Assembly (NCBI GenBank): GCA_050486505.1
Contig: JBJHDK010000051.1
Span: 1 to 17,348 of the forward strand
Direction: 5' to 3'
Source of the DNA: Fibrobacteria bacterium
GTDB taxonomy: Bacteria; Fibrobacterota; Fibrobacteria; UBA11236
Length of the DNA stretch: 17,348 nt
The position numbers and the translations under genes are program-made. The notes beneath the pieces are model-generated. The model was not told where the DNA came from. It did no database searches and saw nothing but the letters and a program-made list of their open reading frames with translations. Shown one piece after another: positions 1 to 7,316 of the stretch (the first letter of the stretch is position 1; each line of letters begins with the position of its first letter).

Positions 1-2
1 AC

Positions 3-383
3 CCGGAGCTGCTGCGCTTGGTGGAGTCGTCTCTGAGTGCGGGAAAGAAGGCGTCCGCCACTGTGAAGAGTCTGAAAGACAGCTTAGTAAAGGCACCCCC
101 TTCGTGTGAAGAATGTGCGGCCAACAACATGACGAACGCCGCTACGAAATACTGCACCGTGTGTTTAGGTGCGCTCTGCGATTCATGCGACCTGAAGTTG
201 CATGCTGGAGGGTTTAAAAGGCACGAACGTGTTGCCGTTGCAGAGTATAAGCCAGTCTCTCTGTGCGCCGCTCACAAGAAGCCTCTGGAGATGTTTTGTA
301 TGACTGAGCGGAAGCTCCTCTGTACCGTTTGCGCCGCCGGCGGGTGTGCAGGTGCAGCGGGTGAGGCTGGACGCCTTGGCTGA
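3..383 (+). CDS. Fragment of a eukaryote-type tandem B-box zinc-finger (TRIM-like) protein; open at the 5' window edge, genuine sequence apparently ends near 335-345
   Basis: Frame 3 is open from base 3 (PELLRLVESS...). B-box1 pattern C-x2-C-x12-C-x2-C-x4-C-x2-C-x4-H-x6-H at 105-224, then B-box2 start C-x2-H-x7-C-x2-E-x4-C-x2-C at 264-332, lacking the final H-x2-H. Many A/T-ending codons (tta, gta, aaa, tgt), unlike the rest of the window. Confidence 0.75.
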   Translation, partial: PELLRLVESSLSAGKKASATVKSLKDSLVKAPPSCEECAANNMTNAATKYCTVCLGALCDSCDLKLHAGGFKRHERVAVAEYKPVSLCAAHKKPLEMFCMTERKLLCTVCAAGGCAGAAGEAGRLG

Positions 384-1992
384 GCATGTGGCTTTGCCGG
401 GCCGTGATGCGGGGCCCCTGGTCCGTCCCCAAGCGCTTTTCCGTCACCTCGACACAATGGCCATCCCCAACCTGCAGGCCATCGTCGTCGCCACGGACGG
501 TCGCTTCCACGGGAGACGGGTTCCGGCGGATGCCTGGCCCGCTCCGGTTTTTCCCCTTCACATCGTACCCGCGAGCCGGGAAGTGCAAGGGGAAAGCGTC
601 CTCGTGCACCAGCGTCCCGGAGAAACCGCGTCCGATCTGGAAGTGCGCTGGCGCCTTGCCGGCCAAGCCGAACGCGAGGTCGGAGGAGGGACTGTCGCCG
701 TCCTGGAAATTCGGGATTCCGCCGGGTCGCTCGTCGCGCGGGAGCCCTTGTCCGTCCCTGCGGCAACGTCTCCGGGGACCTTGGTTGTCTCGCATTTCCG
801 CCGGCCCTGGGGGCTCGATGCACCGGAGAAGGGCGGATGGATCGCGTTGCTTCGTCCCGCTTCCCCGGATGCCAACGTCTTGGAGGCCAACGATACCGTC
901 GTTATCGTCGGGCAAAGTGGAGGGCGTCCGCGTCATCTGATCGCCGGTCCGGTCGTGACGCTGCGGGAACGTGGCCTCATCGATGCCTTGACCGCGAACG
1001 ATTCCATGGAAACCGAAGTCATCCGCGAAGGATCGGCCTCCTCAGTACGGACAGCCGCCGCCGTCTGGGTGCGTGCGATGTCGCCGCATGCCGCATCCGC
1101 ATCCGCCATCGCGGCCTCCCTTGGCGTTCCGCTGATCCGTTACATGCCGGGTTTCGCCGAGGGATCGTTGTTCGGTGCCGGGGCGGGCGTTTCATGGCGA
1201 ATGGAAGGAACCGAATACATGCCGGCCGCAGTCCTGAGGGCCGGAGACTTGGCGATCGACACGATCCGTTTGCCGTCTCCCACGGCCGGCATCGAGCCTC
1301 TGGCTTGGGCCGAACAGGATGGCCGCATGGGGCTGTTGTTCTGGAGGGACACGACTTCGGGAACTTTCGGGGCCTTTGTTCCGTCGCTCTGGGAGGCGGC
1401 CTTTCGTCCCGATGGCGGCGCGGGCGTGGCCGGTGCGCGCGCCTGGATACGGGGAATCGCGCGTTGGACGGCCGCGGCCGGGACGGCCACGGTCATGGTA
1501 CCGGATACCGCATTCGCGGACCGCCCGTTCTCCGTGGCAGCGAGCATTCCGCGCGCAAGCGACGACTCGGTTGGACTTCATCTGGAGGATGTCGCTCGCG
1601 GGTTCAGATACCTTGCCCACAAGGCCGGACCGCGACAGGTGCGAATCGATTCGCTGAGTTTTCCGGCCGGCCGGCACGCCGTTCGTCTGATTCGCGACGG
1701 CGAGGAGGTCTGGAGCGGATCGCTGCACGTGCGCGATCCCGAGATCGTGGCGCTGTCCCTTCTTGGCGCGGATGCCGAGGCCTTGCAGGCGCTAGCCTCG
1801 AACACGGGCGGGAAAGTTCTGCGCCTTGATCCGGCCGCCGGTCACGTCGCCTGGCCCGAGCTGGCCGGAGGGCACGCGCGTGAGGAAAGGGAATCCGTGA
1901 TCTTCCTGGCACCAATAATTCCATTTATTTTATTTATCACGATAATGTTGTCACTTTCATGGTGGTACCGCAAGCGTCATCGACTCGATTGA
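346..1992 (+). CDS. Hypothetical membrane-anchored protein with a degenerate vWA-like segment; probably 5'-truncated
   Basis: 548-codon ORF with high GC3. AIVVATDG (478-501) resembles the vWA hhhhTDG motif. LQALASNTGG followed by a C-terminal hydrophobic helix and WWYRKRHRLD resembles the end of bacterial vWA/BatA-like membrane proteins. No RBS, signal peptide or N-terminal TM at the GTG; the frame is closed upstream by TGA at 301. Confidence 0.65.
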   Translation: MQVQRVRLDALAEHVALPGRDAGPLVRPQALFRHLDTMAIPNLQAIVVATDGRFHGRRVPADAWPAPVFPLHIVPASREVQGESVLVHQRPGETASDLEVRWRLAGQAEREVGGGTVAVLEIRDSAGSLVAREPLSVPAATSPGTLVVSHFRRPWGLDAPEKGGWIALLRPASPDANVLEANDTVVIVGQSGGRPRHLIAGPVVTLRERGLIDALTANDSMETEVIREGSASSVRTAAAVWVRAMSPHAASASAIAASLGVPLIRYMPGFAEGSLFGAGAGVSWRMEGTEYMPAAVLRAGDLAIDTIRLPSPTAGIEPLAWAEQDGRMGLLFWRDTTSGTFGAFVPSLWEAAFRPDGGAGVAGARAWIRGIARWTAAAGTATVMVPDTAFADRPFSVAASIPRASDDSVGLHLEDVARGFRYLAHKAGPRQVRIDSLSFPAGRHAVRLIRDGEEVWSGSLHVRDPEIVALSLLGADAEALQALASNTGGKVLRLDPAAGHVAWPELAGGHAREERESVIFLAPIIPFILFITIMLSLSWWYRKRHRLD

Positions 1993-2182
1993 CGCGCCTT
2001 CACGGCATCCCCTGAAGTCCGCGGGCCCAGGTTCCGGCCCCCCCGCTTCCCAACCCCCAAAACCGCTGCACGTTCGTGCAGATGATCTGGCAGGCCCGCC
2101 TCGCCCGCAGTTGCGAATCATTCCGATAACTGCTTGTTCCCAAACGGATTATGCGAAAAACAAAAAGAATCGCCGATTTTCG

Positions 2183-2212
2183 TTGCATCATTTTGGGTAA
2201 TGGTGGTAGATT
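2183..2212 (+). promoter_or_regulatory. Putative sigma70-type dcw (Pmra) promoter
   Basis: TTGCAT (2183-2188), 18-bp spacer, TAGATT (2207-2212) with extended -10 TG at 2204-2205. A-rich tract upstream (2156-2169) could act as an UP element. Lies 33 nt before the mraZ ATG. Confidence 0.55.
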
Positions 2213-2230
2213 TTGGGTAATTACGGAGAG
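2191..2230 (+). promoter_or_regulatory. MraZ-binding (DCW box) direct repeats, 10-bp period
   Basis: Consecutive decamers TTTTGGGTAA / TGGTGGTAGA / TTTTGGGTAA / TTACGGAGAG place TGGG, TGGT, TGGG, CGGA at 2194, 2204, 2214, 2224. MraZ is known to bind (G)TGG(G) repeats at 10-bp spacing upstream of mraZ. Confidence 0.75.
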
Positions 2231-2245
2231 TGGAGCCTGGTTACG

Positions 2246-2689
2246 ATGCGACTTGATTCTTTCATCGGAAAAGCGACGCTCGCGGTTGATGCCGCGGGTC
2301 GCACGAATTTTCCGAAAGAATTCCGCAAGGTCCTCGCCGAGGAAAACGAAGGCCAGGTGGTGGTGACGATCGCAGAGGATCGCACGCTGGCCCTGTATCC
2401 GCTTGCCGAGTGGAATCAATACATGCGGCATCTCGATGGCCTAGGTCGCGGGCCCGACGCTTCGAAGTTCCGCACGCGCGTCACGTCGATGGCGAAGCTT
2501 TCCTCGCTCGATGCGCAGAACCGGATCACGCTGACCGGGGAGCAAATGACCTATGCCGGAATCACGGGCGAGGTCACGTTTGTCGGCGACGGCAAGCGTG
2601 TGCGGTTGTGGGCTCCGTCGCGCTTTGTTGAGACCATCACCAACTCCACACCGGACGAGGATGTCCGGTTCCAGAACTTCTGGTACTGA
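2246..2689 (+). CDS. mraZ: Division/cell wall cluster transcriptional repressor MraZ
   Basis: FIG...VDAAGRTNFPKEFR and LDAQNRITL are the two SpoVT/AbrB-like repeats; LYPLAEW and VGDGKRVRLW also fit. First gene before rsmH. ATG 2246 chosen because GGAG motifs precede it (2225, 2232). Confidence 0.93.
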   Translation: MRLDSFIGKATLAVDAAGRTNFPKEFRKVLAEENEGQVVVTIAEDRTLALYPLAEWNQYMRHLDGLGRGPDASKFRTRVTSMAKLSSLDAQNRITLTGEQMTYAGITGEVTFVGDGKRVRLWAPSRFVETITNSTPDEDVRFQNFWY

Positions 2690-2699
2690 GGCGGGCTCC

Positions 2700-3623
2700 A
2701 TGACGGATTACCACCGCCCGGTTCTGGAACAGGAGGTGGTCGGCTTCCTGGTGCGGGAACCCGATGCCGTCATCCTGGACGGGACTCTCGGTGGAGGCGG
2801 ACACGCGGCCGCGATCCTTGCGTGCCTTGGCCCCAAGGGCCGCCTGATCGGACTGGATCGCGACCCGGAGGCCTTGGCGCGCTGCGAGGAGCGTTTCGCG
2901 GGAGATGCTCGCGCCGAGCTGCACCTCGCTCCCTTCTCCCGTCTTGCGGACTATTGTCGGGCCGGATCCCTCTCCGGGGCATTGTTCGATCTGGGGGTCA
3001 GTTCCCATCAACTCGACGAACGTTCGCGCGGGTTTTCGTTCGAGCCCGGCGCGGCCCTCGACATGCGCATGGGACCCGATGCGGAACTCAGCGCGCTTGA
3101 ATGGCTGCGGGAGACCGGTGAAGAGGAACTCGCAGCATGCTTTCGCCGCAATGCCGACCTGGAGCGGCCCCGCGGTTTGGCGCGTCGCGTGAAGGCGCTG
3201 CTGGCGGAGGATCCCGCCCCCGCGAGCGATTTGCTGCGTCGTGCCGTCAGCGAAACCTACCGACCGCGCGACAATGAACGCGCCCGCCTGCTTGCCCGGG
3301 TCTTCCAGGCCGTGCGCATGGAAGTGAATCGGGAGCTTTCCGAGATCCGCGAGGGGCTCTCCGCCGCAGTCGAGGCTCTCGCCAGCGGTGGACGCGTCTG
3401 CGTGCTGACGTATCACTCCGTGGAGGATCGCCAGGTCAAGGAGTTCTTCGTCGCCATGGAGCGCGATTGCATTTGTCCCCGCGAACTGCCGGTGTGCATG
3501 TGCGGGGGGAACCGTCGCGTGCTCCGTCGTGTGGTGCGGCGCCCCGTCGAAGCCTCTCCCGAAGAAATCCAGGACAACCCCCGTGCCCGCAGCGCCAAGC
3601 TGCGCGTGATGGAGAAGGTATGA
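2700..3623 (+). CDS. rsmH: 16S rRNA m4C1402 methyltransferase RsmH (MraW)
   Basis: YHRPVL, DGTLGGGGH, DRDPEA, DLGVSSHQLD..RGFSF, LDMRM, FQAVRMEVN, YHSVEDR, NPRARSAKLR. ATG 2700 lies 10 nt after the mraZ stop. Confidence 0.97.
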   Translation: MTDYHRPVLEQEVVGFLVREPDAVILDGTLGGGGHAAAILACLGPKGRLIGLDRDPEALARCEERFAGDARAELHLAPFSRLADYCRAGSLSGALFDLGVSSHQLDERSRGFSFEPGAALDMRMGPDAELSALEWLRETGEEELAACFRRNADLERPRGLARRVKALLAEDPAPASDLLRRAVSETYRPRDNERARLLARVFQAVRMEVNRELSEIREGLSAAVEALASGGRVCVLTYHSVEDRQVKEFFVAMERDCICPRELPVCMCGGNRRVLRRVVRRPVEASPEEIQDNPRARSAKLRVMEKV

Positions 3624-3976
3624 GCGCGCCGTCGGTGAAGTTGCGCGCGCTGTTTGCCTGGATGGTCCTGATGCCGGCATTCGTGTCGATGCCGCTTGCG
3701 CATGTATGGTCGCAGCAGTCCTATGCGCGCATGGCGCGCGAGATGGTTCGCGAGAGCCGCGACCGTGATCGGCTCAATGCTGAGGTCATGCGGCTCGAGA
3801 CGGAGACGCGCGGCCTTCGCAGCCTTTCCCGCCTCGAAGAGGCGGCCCGCGGCCGTCTCGGCATGATCCACCCCGGCCCTCCCATGCTGGTTCAGCCCGG
3901 CGATGCGTCCCCACGGCAGACCCCCGGTTCTGGAGGCGGCCTGCGCCTCGCGTTCTGGAAAGGGTGGTTTCAGTGA
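3620..3976 (+). CDS. ftsL: Cell division protein FtsL (septum formation initiator family)
   Basis: Sits between rsmH and ftsI with an ATGA overlap. N-terminal hydrophobic helix, coiled-coil-like heptads, and SRLEEAARGRLGM matching the FtsL R+E..AR..LGM motif. Confidence 0.85.
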   Translation: MSAPSVKLRALFAWMVLMPAFVSMPLAHVWSQQSYARMAREMVRESRDRDRLNAEVMRLETETRGLRSLSRLEEAARGRLGMIHPGPPMLVQPGDASPRQTPGSGGGLRLAFWKGWFQ

Positions 3977-5796
3977 CTTCCCGGATTGCATTCATCGGCG
4001 CGGCCTTCGGGCTCGTGTGGGCATCGCTGGTCGCGCGCGTGCTTTACGTGCAGGTGGTCAAGTCGGGGCACTATCAGGGGGTTTCCGAGAACCAGAGCGT
4101 TCGACGCGATGTTTTGCCGCCCGGCAGGGGAGAGATTTTCGACCGCCACGGCGAGCGCCTTGTGGTGAACTTGCGCGACGGAAGCTCCGACGACCGCCGC
4201 GGTTCGCGCATCAGTCCCAACGGGCGCCTTGCCGGCCAGGTGCTTGGAACCGTGGGGCGCGACGGCTACGGCCAATCGGGGCTTGAATTCCACCTGGACC
4301 GGGAGTTGCGCGGCATCGATGGATGGCGTTATTCGCGGCGCGACCACCGTGGTCGCCTGGCACCGGGTGCGGCCGACCAGATCCACCTTCCGGTGGACGG
4401 CCTCGGGGTGCGCCTGACGCTCGATGCCAGGGTGCAGTCGGTGGCGGAGCACGCGCTCGAACGCGGCGTGTTGCGCACGGGCGCGCGTGCCGGGGTTGCC
4501 GTTGTCGTCGACCCGCGGACGGGAGACCTCCTTGCGCTGGCCAATTACCCGTTCTTCGATCCCAACGGTCGTCGCGCGCCTGACTCCGACAGTTGGCGCA
4601 ACCGGGCCGTCGCGATGGTTTACGAGCCCGGGTCGACCTTCAAGGTTTTTACCGCCGCCGCGCTCATGGAGGAGGGACGCATCGCCCCCACGGATACGGT
4701 GGACGGTGAAGGGGGGGCTTGGCAAGTCGGAGGCATGCGCATCCGCGATACGCACCCGCTTGGTCGCATCACCTTCACCGAAGCCATGGCGTATTCCTCC
4801 AACATCGTTTTCTCCAAGGCTTCGACGTCCATCGATGCGGTCACGTATTACAAGTACATGCGCTCGTTCGGTTTCGGGATGCGCAGCGGCGTGAGTCTGC
4901 CCGCCGAGGAAAGCGGCTTGCTGAAGCCGGTTGCATCGTGGAGCGGGCGCACGCAGCAGACCATGGCCTTCGGGCACGAGATTTCCGCGACGCCGCTGCA
5001 GATGGCCATGGCCTTTGCCGCGATCGCCAATGGCGGGGTCCTCATGCGTCCCCGCCTGGTCAAGGAATGGATCGACGGGTCGGGGCGCGTCGTGCAGGAG
5101 GAGCCCGTGCGTTCGGTGCGTCGCGTCCTTTCGGAGAAGACCGCCGAAGAACTCCGCAACATGCTCACGGGAGTGGTGAATCACGGAACAGCGGCAGGCA
5201 TTCGCCATCCGACCCTGCAGATCGCAGGCAAAACCGGAACTGCGGAGAAAATCGATCCCGAAACCGGGCGCTACCTGCAAGGGCGCTTCAACTCATCGTT
5301 CGCGGGCATGGTTCCGGCTGACCAGCCCACGTTCGTCTGCATCGTCATCCTCGACGAACCCGAGAAATTCAAGTACGGCGGCCAGGCTGCCGCGCCGGTC
5401 TTCCGGGAAATCACCGATCGCCTCGCCGAAGAGGGACGCTGGCTGCAGCGGCACGGCATGGTCGTTCGGGGCGAGGTTCGCGATGCCGAGGCCCCCCGTC
5501 CGGCGCTTGCCTCTTTCAGGTTTCCGCGTTTTCTCGGAGGCGGCCGGTCCTCGGAGGAAGCGTCGATGGCCCGCGTCGCGGAAGCTTCCGCGTCGCGCTC
5601 TCCCTCCGCGGTTGCGCCGGGAGGGATGCCCGATCTGCGAGGCGAGAGCCTGCGCGACGCCTTGCGCTCGTTGCGGGCCCTGGGCATCGAGGTGGAATAC
5701 TCCGGAGAGGGACGCGTGACGGGGCAATCGCCGGCGCCCGGTGCACGCCTGCCTCGTGGAGAGATCGCGCGCCTGACCTTGGGGTGGGATCGATGA
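3973..5796 (+). CDS. ftsI: Class B penicillin-binding protein FtsI (PBP3) with a C-terminal PASTA domain
   Basis: N-terminal TM, RGEIFDRHG, GQSGLE, LTLD..VQ, active-site EPGSTFK (SxxK), SSN (SxN), KTGT, and PASTA-like MPDLRGESLRDA...VTGQSPAPG. GTG 3973 overlaps the ftsL stop (GTGA); GTG 3964 is an alternative start. Confidence 0.95.
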   Translation: MTSRIAFIGAAFGLVWASLVARVLYVQVVKSGHYQGVSENQSVRRDVLPPGRGEIFDRHGERLVVNLRDGSSDDRRGSRISPNGRLAGQVLGTVGRDGYGQSGLEFHLDRELRGIDGWRYSRRDHRGRLAPGAADQIHLPVDGLGVRLTLDARVQSVAEHALERGVLRTGARAGVAVVVDPRTGDLLALANYPFFDPNGRRAPDSDSWRNRAVAMVYEPGSTFKVFTAAALMEEGRIAPTDTVDGEGGAWQVGGMRIRDTHPLGRITFTEAMAYSSNIVFSKASTSIDAVTYYKYMRSFGFGMRSGVSLPAEESGLLKPVASWSGRTQQTMAFGHEISATPLQMAMAFAAIANGGVLMRPRLVKEWIDGSGRVVQEEPVRSVRRVLSEKTAEELRNMLTGVVNHGTAAGIRHPTLQIAGKTGTAEKIDPETGRYLQGRFNSSFAGMVPADQPTFVCIVILDEPEKFKYGGQAAAPVFREITDRLAEEGRWLQRHGMVVRGEVRDAEAPRPALASFRFPRFLGGGRSSEEASMARVAEASASRSPSAVAPGGMPDLRGESLRDALRSLRALGIEVEYSGEGRVTGQSPAPGARLPRGEIARLTLGWDR

Positions 5797-7316
5797 CTGC
5801 GCGGCTCGGCTTGCACGCGCTGTTGCGCGCGGCATCGCTGCCCGTTCCGGACGGGTTGGAAGATCTTTCCGTGGCCGGGCTGACCGCGGATTCGCGCCGG
5901 GTCGTTCCGGGAGGCATCTTCATCGGGCTGCACGGCGCGGAACGCGATGGAACGGCCTTTGCCGCGCAGGCCGCCGCCAACGGCGCCGCCGTTTTGCTGC
6001 TTGAAGAACAGGCCGCGGAGGCCCCCCGGCAGGAACGCATCGCGGGTGCAGTGGTCATCCGGCTCGCGGGACTGCGCGCCCGCACCGGCCCCCTGTTCGA
6101 TGCCTTTCATGCGTTTCCCTCGAAAAAACTCCGCTTCCATGGTGTCACCGGAACGAACGGAAAATCGACGACCGTTTTGTTGATGTCTTCCGTCTTGCGT
6201 GCCGGCGGCCACAAGGTCGCTTCCCTGGGCACTATCAGCTACCAGATCGGTGAGGAAATCCTGCCTTCAGAACTGACGACACCGTCCACGGAATCCTTCT
6301 ACGCCCTGCTGGCGCGTGGAGTGGAAGCCGGTTGCGACGCCGTGGCCATGGAGGTTTCATCGCATGCATTGCAGCAGGATCGCGTCGCCGGCGTGCGTTT
6401 CGATTCAGCCGTGTTCACCAACCTCACTCATGACCATCTCGATTTTCACGGCGACCTGGATTCGTATTTCGCAGCCAAGCGCCGACTGTTCACGGAATTT
6501 CTCGCACCCGGCGGGGTGGCAGTCCTGAATCTCGACTCTCCCCACGGCAAGATCCTGAACGGCGAGTTGCGGGGAGAACGTTTCACCTTCTCGAAGGTCG
6601 GGGGGGGGGCTTCGCGTGACGCAGATCTCGGGGTCGTCTCCGCGGAGCTCACGCTCGACCGTACCCGTCTCATCGTCATGCATCGCGGGCATTCCTTTGC
6701 GATCGAGTCGCGCCTGGTCGGCGCCCTCAATGTGGAAAACCTGCTGGCGGCGACCGCTTTCGGCCTTGCCCAGGGGCTGGATCCCGAAGCGGTCGCGCGC
6801 GGCATCGCGGACGTGACCGTTCCCGGCCGCAACGAGGTGTTCCGGCTGCCTTCGGGCGGATTCGCCGTGGTGGATTATGCGCACACTCCCGACGCGCTCG
6901 AACGTGTCCTGCTCAGTCTCCGCGATCTCACGCCGGGACGCCTGCATTGCCTTTTCGGCTGCGGGGGAGACCGCGACCGCGCCAAGCGGCCCCTGATGGG
7001 GGAAATCGCGGGTCGCCTCGCGGACAACGTGATCTTGACGAGTGACAATCCTCGCGGTGAGGCCCCCGACGCGATCCTCGCGGAGATTCGCGCGGGCATG
7101 GCCGAGCCCGGTACCGCACGGGTCGAGCCCGACCGCCGCGCGGCCATCCGCGCGGGATTGCAGGCATTGAAACCGGGAGACTGCCTGTTGGTCGCGGGTA
7201 AGGGGCACGAGGATTACCAGATCATCGGGGGCGAGCGCAGGCATTTCAGCGACCGGGAGGAGATCACCGCATGGATCCGGGAATCCGCGCCCGCGCGGGA
7301 GGCCTCATGGAACTGA
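5793..7316 (+). CDS. murE: UDP-MurNAc-L-Ala-D-Glu:meso-diaminopimelate ligase MurE
   Basis: DSRRV, GVTGTNGKST, LTTP, MEVSSHAL, FTNLTHDHLDFH, DYAHTPDAL, GCGGDRD..KRP.MG, SDNPR (DAP-specific), AGKGHEDYQ. ATGA overlap with ftsI. Confidence 0.97.
   Translation: MTARLGLHALLRAASLPVPDGLEDLSVAGLTADSRRVVPGGIFIGLHGAERDGTAFAAQAAANGAAVLLLEEQAAEAPRQERIAGAVVIRLAGLRARTGPLFDAFHAFPSKKLRFHGVTGTNGKSTTVLLMSSVLRAGGHKVASLGTISYQIGEEILPSELTTPSTESFYALLARGVEAGCDAVAMEVSSHALQQDRVAGVRFDSAVFTNLTHDHLDFHGDLDSYFAAKRRLFTEFLAPGGVAVLNLDSPHGKILNGELRGERFTFSKVGGGASRDADLGVVSAELTLDRTRLIVMHRGHSFAIESRLVGALNVENLLAATAFGLAQGLDPEAVARGIADVTVPGRNEVFRLPSGGFAVVDYAHTPDALERVLLSLRDLTPGRLHCLFGCGGDRDRAKRPLMGEIAGRLADNVILTSDNPRGEAPDAILAEIRAGMAEPGTARVEPDRRAAIRAGLQALKPGDCLLVAGKGHEDYQIIGGERRHFSDREEITAWIRESAPAREASWN

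Noticed and set aside
1941..1959. Fur box or DnaA box in the AT-rich patch
   Set aside because: Only the first GATAATG half matches the Fur consensus, and TTTATCAC is not a full TTATCCACA.
2000..2431. 143-aa minus-strand ORF and 71-aa plus-strand ORF (2151-2366) across the mraZ promoter
   Set aside because: They overlap mraZ and its operator, with no motifs or coding-like composition.
2553..3619. ORF-track N-terminal extensions of RsmH (from 2553) and FtsL (from 3467); likewise MraZ 2213, MurE 5784, MurF 7271
   Set aside because: They overlap upstream genes or the promoter; internal ATGs with an RBS or ATGA coupling match the family N-termini.
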